Sequence record: NZ_CP096760.1
DNA: 64,000 nt
DNA from: a plasmid
Reading direction: 5' to 3' (one strand)
Positions 48,874 through 58,400 of the stretch are shown piece after piece. Position 1 is the first letter of the stretch. Each line of letters opens with the position of its first letter. Under the pieces are notes generated by a model. The model saw only the letters and a list, made by a program, of their open reading frames with translations, was not told the origin of the DNA and made no database searches. The position numbers and the translations under genes are program-made.

Positions 48874-49445
48874 TCGATGTTTATTTGCATGGAGAACTTG
48901 GAAAGAAATTTGGCAAAAAGTGGAGCGTTGCCGCGCGAGGTCCAAGTCACGCTTTAAGACTTATCAACGCAAATACCTCTGGTTCATTGGTCAACTGGTT
49001 GCGTGAAAAAGCAGCCAAATTCGCTCATTACCGCGTTTTATGCGAATTCCAAGATGGAACCAAGCGTCAATTATCTGATGAGGATTTTGGCTTGGTTCAC
49101 GGTGAACTCAAAACCATTCGTTTTGTACCTGTGGTTGTCGGTGCAGGTGGTAATGGTGTCTTGCAAACAGTGGTCGGTGTTGTCCTTCTAGTTGCCAGTA
49201 TTTGGTATCCAGCTTTATTACCAACAGCATTCGGGATGCTCGCAGGCGGTATCTCTCAATTACTTGCGCCTAAACCTAAGAAAAATGGCGAGTCCCAACG
49301 AAGAACGTCCCATTACTTCAATGGCACTGAACAGACCGAAGTTCAGGGCGGACCAATTCAGCTCATTTACGGCAGATGTCTAGTTCAGGGAACGCCTATT
49401 TCAGTCGCTATGTCGATTGACCAGTTGTTGTTTGAAGGCGAATAA
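48867..49445 (+). CDS. tail assembly protein, lambda gpI-like
   Basis: 192 aa; hydrophobic C-terminal half; sits between K and J. Confidence 0.7.
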   Translation: MLVDVYLHGELGKKFGKKWSVAARGPSHALRLINANTSGSLVNWLREKAAKFAHYRVLCEFQDGTKRQLSDEDFGLVHGELKTIRFVPVVVGAGGNGVLQTVVGVVLLVASIWYPALLPTAFGMLAGGISQLLAPKPKKNGESQRRTSHYFNGTEQTEVQGGPIQLIYGRCLVQGTPISVAMSIDQLLFEGE

Positions 49446-49468
49446 GCAAGTTAATTTGGGAATGATGT

Positions 49469-52400
49469 ATGAACGCTAAAATTAAGAAATTTGGTTTTCC
49501 TTTACCAATTGCAGGGGCTTCTGGAGGCAGCAAAAGCCCTTCCGTGCCGAGAGAAGATCCAGATAACCTTCAATCTAGCGCGTATGTAAATATCATTGAT
49601 CTAATTGGCGAAGGTCAAATCGGTGGTCTGGTCGATAACGTTGACGGCGACAGTCTTACCGAAAAAGAAAAATCAATCTTTTTTGATGGAACACGCTTAC
49701 GTCATACAAACGGTGAACTGAACTTCGCGAATGTGTCTTGGGCGGAACGGGTCGGTTTACAGCGACAAGACTACATCGAAGGATTTGGCGAAGGGGTAGA
49801 GACTCCTTTTTACAAAAACGTACAGCTTAAATCCGGCATCCCTAGCGCATTTACGGTTTCAAACCCGAATGCAGATCGCGTTCGCATCATTTTGGCCGTG
49901 AACTCTCTTTTGTCTACCGATCGCAGCTCCGGCGATACCTATGGCACTTCCGTAGAGTTCCAAATCAAGTTGTCGGTAAACAACGGCCCTTATGAAATCC
50001 TTGCAACTAAAAAAATCACTGGTAAAACAACATCACGTTATCAGCGTTCTTTCTCTTTCGACCTTCCAAAAAAGAAAGCTGACGGTACACCAATTACCGC
50101 TTGGTCATTCCAGATCACAAGAACAACCCCAGATTCAAATTCATCGTACCTTCAAAACACAACATTCTTCGAGAGTTACTCGGAAGTTGAATTAACCAAG
50201 TTTTCATATCCAAACGTTGCATTGGTCGCTACCCGATTCAGTTCAGAAACGTTTAGTTCAATTCCTAAACGTGAGTATCTGGTAGATGGTCTATTAATCA
50301 AGGTTCCGTCAAACCGCAATAAAGACGGGTCATACACAGGGCCTTGGGATGGTACTTTCAAGCTTGAGTCATCAAGTAACCCTGCATGGATTCTGTATGA
50401 CCTGTTACTTAGCAAACGTTACGGTCTAGGCGAATACATTACGCCTGAAATGATCGACGAAAGCCGTTTGTATGTAATTGGTCAGTATTGCGATCAGCTT
50501 GTAGACGACGGTTTTGGCAACAAAGAACCGCGATACACAATTAACTGCGTTATCAATACTCGTGTTGAAGCGTATGACCTCATTGTCGATATTTGCTCGG
50601 CATTTAACGGCATGGCGTATTGGGCAGGCCATATGGTGGGCTTTACCATCGATGCGCCAGGCACTCCGCAAATGCTGTTCAACAATACCAATATTGTTGG
50701 CGATTTCTCTTATCAGGGAACTTCGAATAAAGACCGTCATTCAGTCGCGGTAGTTACATGGAATGATCCGAATGACGACTACAAACAAGTTCCAGAAGTA
50801 GTTGAAGACCCTGAACTCATTGAACGCTATGGCATTCGCAAAACAGAAGTCATGGCATTCGGGTGTACGTCACGCGGTCAAGCTGCTCGTTATGGCCGTT
50901 GGTTGCTATACAGCGAGCACCAACAGTCAGAAACAATCACATTCAATGTCGGCATTGATGCAGCTCTCCTATTGCCGGGTGATTTGATTTACGTTCAAGA
51001 CCGTGACCGCGCGGGTAAACGTTTTGGTGGACGTTTACTAGATTGCACAGCCAAACAGGCAGTTCTTGATGATCTGGTTGATTTTGGGGAATTTACTGAT
51101 TTGACGCTTGTGATCCGTTTAGAAGATGGGTCATTAGCAGAGCGCGTAATTGCTTCTCATACCAAAAAGACAGTAACCGTTTCTGGACACACCAAAGAAG
51201 TAACAGTGGTGGAATGGGCTGAAGCCTTGACGGTTATGCCTGTCAAATACGCTTTATGGATTATCAAAGCGGCAGAATTACAACCAGTAATCGCTCGCGT
51301 TGTAAACGTTGCTCAAGGTGAAGAAAAGGGCACTTATAACATTACTGCCGTTCCTCACAATCCTAACAAGTATCAATCTATTGAAAATGATTTGATGCTT
51401 GATGTTCCGCCGACTTCAATCTTGAACTCTCGCAATCAGGAACCTCCTGCAAGTGTCGAGATTAAGAGTGAAATTATTACCACTCAAAATGTCGCAAAAA
51501 CTCGCCTCGTTATTAGCTGGAAAGAAGCGAAAAATGCAGCGCGTTATGAAGTCGAATGGAAACGCAATGATGGCAACTGGGTCAAGCTTCCACAGACCAC
51601 TTCATTAAGTATTGAGGTTGAGGATGTATACGCGGGAGCCTATACAGCTCGCGTTGTTGCGTACAACCTTTTTGGCGCACGTTCTTATCCGAAGTATTCA
51701 ACAAGCACCGACGTAAAAGGAAAAGTTGGCAAGCCAACTAATGTCCTTTCTTTGACAACCACGCCGTTATTGTTCGGCATGAAGCTCGATTGGGTTTATC
51801 CGGCAGGTAACTCTGACCTATCACATGTTGTCATTGAAGTGAGTGATCGGGCTGATGGTTCAAACCCTAGATTGCTCGGTAATGTTTCATATCCTACAAA
51901 CACCTTGACTATTCAGGGATTACAGGGCGGTCTTGATCAATGGTACAGAACGAAAACCGTTGATAAGTCTGGCAATGAAAGTGATTGGTCGAACTTCGTT
52001 AAAGGCACGACTGGAAATGACCCAGATCAGGTACTTGATCTAATCTCTGGTCAAATTGGAGAAAGCGACCTTGCAACTGAATTACAGGGCAAGATTGAAA
52101 ATTCAGTAACCGTATCTGAAGCCGCAAAGATTGTTGCTGACAACGCTCAAACGGCAGCAACAAACGCACAAACAGCAGCGACAGATGCCAAAACAGCAGC
52201 TTCCGAAGCTCAAAAAGCAGCAAGCTCTGCCCAGACACAAGCGTCATCGGCTCAACAAATCGCTAGTGAAGCAAGTGCAACAGCGGCTAACGCCAAAAAT
52301 GCAGCAGACCAAGCGGTAACGGCTGCAAATCAAGCAAAAACAGCCGCAGATAATGCAGCGACAACGGCAGCTACGGCAAGTTCTACTGCATCAAAAGCTC

Positions 52401-55400
52401 AAACTACGGCAAACGATGCAGCCGCAGCCGCATCAAAAGTTGCTTCTGATTTAACAACCTCAACAAATCAGTTGAATAAGAAAATTGCTGATGAAACTGA
52501 TGCACGCACAGTGGCAATTTCTAAACTGAATGATGGCCTGACAATTGAAACATCTCAGCGTAAGACAGAAGATGCGGCGCTGTTAAGCAATATTGAGACC
52601 TATAAGTCGAGCACAAATGGCACTTTGTCTAGTCTGCAAACGCAAATTAATACCAACGCGACAAATACAAGCGCAAATACATCAAAAATTTCTTCGCTTG
52701 ACTCTCGTTTAACCACAAACGAAGGCAAAACAGCAGATGCGATTAATGCAGCGGCAACAGCTCAACAAACCGCAAGTTCAGCGGTAGACAAGGCTAATGC
52801 TGTTGCAAACTCCGTTACTGCTCTTAAATCAGAATTAAGCAGCGGAAAAGGCATTAATAACATTGTAGCTCCCTTCTCGGATCCGCAAGAACTTCCAGCT
52901 CTTGGTGGGGCGAGTCGTACCGTAGCTTTGGTGGACTCTGCGTTACGTCGAAACGGCAAGGCTTACAAAGTGTCATTCACGGCGGCGGCTCATTATGTGT
53001 ATTTCGGCACCGCTCAAGCCGCTCTAGCACCATCACAAATGGCGATGCAAGTTGAAGCGGGGCGCGCTTATACATTTAGCGTTTGGTTGAAGGCTTTATC
53101 AACAGCCGTTCCGTCATTCCGTTTCAACATCCTGTGGTTTATTCGTGACCCTAGCACTGGAAACATCACAACAAATGCCGGAATCATTTTTCCACAAGGT
53201 CAAACAGATTCTTACATTGCTCCGAACGCTAACGGCCAACGATACTCATTTAGACCAGTCAACTCACCTGCAAATGCAATCGGCGCTACCGTCTATGTCG
53301 TAGGTAACCCTTCAGGGCCTTCTGCCGGCGAATACCTCATCGATATGTTGATGCTTGAAGAGTCTGTCGGTTCCGAAAAGCCTGCTTCTACGTGGACGGC
53401 GGGTCCTGCTGATCTAAATGCGATTAAGAATGCCTTAGATACAAACGCTGTAGCAATCAACAACCTAATTACACGCGTTTCGAACAACGAGGGGAAAATT
53501 ACATCTCAAGGCAATTTGATCACGCAACTAAACAACAGCATTAATACGATTAATGGAACCCTTTCAAACAAAGCGGATGCTACAGCTTTAAATGCATTAA
53601 CAACTCGCGTTTCTAATGCTGAGGGGCAAATTTCATCACAAGGGTCGTCAATTGTCTCTCTTCAAAACGATCTAGCATCTACCAACAAAGCCGTTTCAAC
53701 CAAAGCTGACTCAAGCGCTCTCAATTCTTTGGATTCAAAAGTCTCAGAAATTGATGGCCGAGTAACAAGTAATGCCAACGCTGTTACATCTCTTCAAGGT
53801 AGTGTTTCGAGCATTGAGAAAGGACTTTCAACCAAAGCAGACGCATCTGCATTAAACAACTACTACACAAAAACTGAGGCTGATTCTGCCGCCTCTGGCG
53901 CAATCGACAAGTTCAACAGTCAATTGACGATTGGTGGTGTAAACGTTGTTGCGAACTCCGAAGCTCCTCGCACTTCAACTGCCGCAACGAATCGCGAATA
54001 TTTACTGTATGAACGTAGCGCCGAATTAAAAGCGTTCTATGACGAAAACCTTGAGAAGCCAATCACGATTTCGTTTGAAATGAGCGTTCCTGTGGCTGGA
54101 CCGGTTCAAGTTTATTCGTCAAATGGTTCTGCTCACCAATTCGTTACTTCCGTTAATGCAATTATCGTAAATCAATTTGCCAAATATTCAGTAACAGTTA
54201 GTCCAAAAGCGCATACGGCAAGTACAACTGTTTCGACAATTGAGTTCTATGGAACGTATGGAACTGGCCGTATCCCGACGATTCGTAAATTACAAATTGA
54301 AGCGGGCACAAAGGCTACCGCTTGGAGTCCAAGCCCTCGTGATACAAAGGCTGCAATTGACGCCAATGCTTCTGCAATTCAAACGACCCAAACAAAAGTT
54401 GACAATATCGATGGTCGGCTAACCACTGCTACAGATTCGATTACGTCACTAAATTCGCGCATGTCTACAGCCGAAGGAAATATCAACAGCACAAATACTG
54501 CGGTTGGTGGACTTTCGACACGCATGGCAACCGCTGAGGGCAAGATCACCAATCAAAGTGATTCAATTGCATCGCTACAAAATAGCGTCACCTCAATCAA
54601 TGGAACACTGGCAAACAAAGCCGATTCAAGCGCGGTCAATAACTTAACTAGCCGAGTGGAAACAGCCGAGGGCAAGATTTCAAGTCAAAGCGGGCAGATT
54701 ACTTCGCTTAGCAATAGCCTTGATCTAACAAACAGTAACTTGAACGACGTAAACGTTCTGGCGCGACTGTTATCTCTTGGCAAGCCTCTACGCGACGATC
54801 CAACTTTCAAAACGACCTCTGCTGGTGGTTTATCTGCATACAGTTTCCCTGCGGGAACTTCATGGGTTAAGCAAACTAAGTCAACAGACAACCCAACTGG
54901 CTCAACCCATGAAATGTTGATCAAAGCAACTCAAGCGTTGGGTGGTGGTTGGTATCCAACTGCACCTACGCTTGTACTCACTGCAAATAAAACCTTCTTA
55001 ATTAAACAAATTATTAAGATGCCAGTGGGTACAAAATTACAAGCCATCGGTAATGCTACGGGTACGGGTGGATACATCCGAATCTTGGGTAATGATCTAG
55101 GAACTGGCAAATTTGAAACGTACTACTCTGTCGTACAAGGTGGGGCTGATTTAAGTGGCTCTACTATTCAAGGTCATTTCCGCGTAATTGCCGGTACTAA
55201 CCCGCCAGTACCAACGGTTGATAATCCAGTCTTTGTGATTCTTGCTTCATACGAAGTATTTGATGTAACGGCTGTAAACGACACCATTCCAAAAGCTTAT
55301 AGCGATGCTATTGCAGCCAATGCGAATGCGATTAACACCCTGTCAAACACTGTCAGCCAGCAGGGTAATACCATTACTTCCCATAGTAATTCTATTACTC

Positions 55401-58400
55401 AACTAAATAACAGCATTTCAAGCATCAACGGCGCACTTTCGAGTAAAGCGGATGCGAGCGCATTACAGTCGCTTGATTCAAAAGTAACACTAATCGACGG
55501 CAAAGTTACATCTAACTCTTCTGCATTAACAGCGTTGCAAAGCAGCTTTGAGGGAATTCCAAATCAAGGCGTGAACTTGCTCGGCCCTGAAATTTCCAAC
55601 CCAATCGAAAAGCCAAATTGGATTTCAGGTCTTCCATTTGAAGTTATTCAATCACCAGATACGGTGAATGTGCGTGCGTTCCAATTCACGATGCCTGCCA
55701 ACACCACTAGCGGCACTTACTTCAACATTGGTGGCGGCCAAGTTCCGCGACAGTGGCTAACAGAAGGTACATACATTTTTAGTTTTGTTGCCAAAACTGT
55801 TGGCGGGACACCACCGCATGCTATTGAGTGGCAACTCTACAATGTAGATAGTACACGCCTGCGCTTTAATATTACCGCAACATTAACCCGCTATAGCGGG
55901 GTGTTCACGGTGCCCGCTGGTGGTGCCGCTGCATGTATGCTGTTAATCGGAAACCCTACAGGCAAACCTGCGGGACAAGTTATCAATATCGAAAGAATGA
56001 TGCTTGAACGGCAAGTTGGCAACAACACAACCCCTTCGGCTTGGATTGCAGGTAGCGACCCAACCGGAATGATTCTTTCAACGCAAGCCAAGGCGACTGA
56101 TTTATTCAACACAGCCACTAGCCAAAACGCCGCGACTGCGGGACGCGTCACTAGCCTCGAAAGTCGCATGACGACCACAGAAGGCAATTTAAACAAAAAG
56201 GCTGATGCTTCTGCGCTTCAAAACCTCGACACGAAAGTTACGAATGTCGATGGCAAAGTAACGTCAAATACCAATGCCATTACAGCTTTAAGTTCAACTT
56301 TAAGCAACGCTACTTCAAGCATTTCAATGAATGCGGGTAATGCACAGGGCGATTGGACATTCTTTAATACGTCAGGCGAATACTCAATTGTTGCACAAGC
56401 GGATGGCCAAGCGGGTCGTGTTATTCAACTTGGAAATAATGCTGGCAATGATATTGTTTGGATGCATCCGAATAACTTCATTCCTTTTGATGCAACTAAG
56501 ACATATCGACTTCGTGCGCGGTATCGCCGTCGTGCCGGAACAGGCACAATTTACCTCGGTGTCTCTCAGAAAACCCCAGACAAGGCACTATACGTAACAA
56601 CAGCCAACGCATTATCGGGCGATATGGGGTCTTCTAACTATGTTGTTAATGCGCACGCACCTGCGATCGATGAATGGCAAGAAATCGTTGCGTATATCAA
56701 AGGTCGATCAGCAGGAGCAGCATCGGGTTCAGGCTCAAAAACAAGCCCACGTACTGTTTCACAACAAGCAGGCTTCATCACGCCGATGTTTATTGCAAAC
56801 TATTCGGCGCAAACGGGCATTGTTGAGCTTGATTACCTAATTCTGGAAGATGCAGAGGCAATTGTTGGCAATGATGCAAATGCATCAGCGATTAGCGCTC
56901 TTGATACCAAAGTATCAGAAGTTGATGGACGCTTAACGACAGCAACAAATTCAATCACTTCGCTTAACTCTCGTATGAGTGCAGCAGAAGGGAATATCTC
57001 AGCGGCAAACTCGGCTCTAAGCGGTCTTTCAACGAGAATGACGGCTGCTGAAAATGGTTTAACCAATCAAAGTAATGCGATTACTAATTTAAGTAACAGC
57101 TTAACGGTTACAACCAATACAGCGAACGCTGCATTGCCTAAGATTCAGGGCGGTACTGGCGCAGCTAAGTTATTTAGAGGCGTTCTTGTATGGCAGCAAA
57201 ACGGCGCAAATCTAACTGGCAATATCGTAATCCAAACGCCAATTACCTTCACAAATAAAATGTTCCGACTTTCACTTACTGGCTATAACTACTTGGCCGC
57301 TAAGAATGAAATTAATCTGAACATTGGGGGCTATGCATATTCGGGCACCTCTCTGCTTCAACATGGAGTGGTAAATTCGGGCACCATGCCAATTCGAGTT
57401 CGCATGGGTGTCCGAAATGGCACAGTAGTCGTTATTTTAACTTCTCAGGCACCAGGCGCTTACTGGCAATATCCAAAATTCAATATCGACGCTGAAATTG
57501 GCTACACAACTCCACCAGATAGTTGGGCCGATGGTTGGTCAGCTAGTTTCATGGCTGAGGCAGACCTCGCATCTAATGGCATTTCTGCAATCATTGAGCC
57601 GTCTTTATTAGACATTTCAACAACGCTTAATGCCACTGCTTCTGCAATTAGTAATCTGACAAATACTGTGTCTCAACAGGGCGATACAATTACTTCTCAC
57701 AGTAATTCTATTACCACCTTAACCAACAAGATTACTAACAATGATTTATCGAATCTTGTTCTTAATCCTGATTTCGTAGACCCGAAAAGCGATTGGACAT
57801 CTGGCGTAATTGTTGATGCGACTGACGCAGCGCCTAACCCGCCTTCTGCAAAAGCATTAAGACTGAATAACCGTGATAGTTATTACGGTCCTTTCGTCAA
57901 ATGTAATGTTGGCGACATGTTCTATGTTTCGGCTTGGTTTGCGACGCCAAATACATCAGCAACCGCTTCTGCCGTGCTTGGTTTCAATACTCGGAACAGC
58001 GCAGGCACTTACACTTGGTATAGCGTTGCCATTAAGTCTACGGACAAAAATGCTTGGGGTATGGTGGAAGGTTATTTCACTGTGCCAAATGGCATGGTTG
58101 ATATTCGACCTTGGCTTCAAGTAAGTATTGCTGCGTCAGAAGCAGCGGGGCAGCAATGGCATGTTACGAACATTCAAGTACGTAACATTACAGGTAATAA
58201 GAAGTTAGCAACCGACTTGCAAGCAACCTCGTCCGCCGTAACTGATTTAACTTCAAAAGTTACAAACATCGACGGTCGTTTAACTTCGGCATCAAATAAT
58301 ATCGTTACGCTCAACAATAGCGTTACAAACATCAATGCCACCCTCGCCCAGAAGGCAGATGCGACAGCCTTAAATTCGCTCTCTAATCGAGTAACCACTG

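Noticed and set aside
47064-49383. Shadow ORFs across gpM/L/K/I (47064-47477 minus, 47179-47373, 47915-48136, 47940-48146, 48556-48777, 49003-49191, 49192-49383)
   Set aside because: Overlap lambda-like tail genes that carry conserved motifs.
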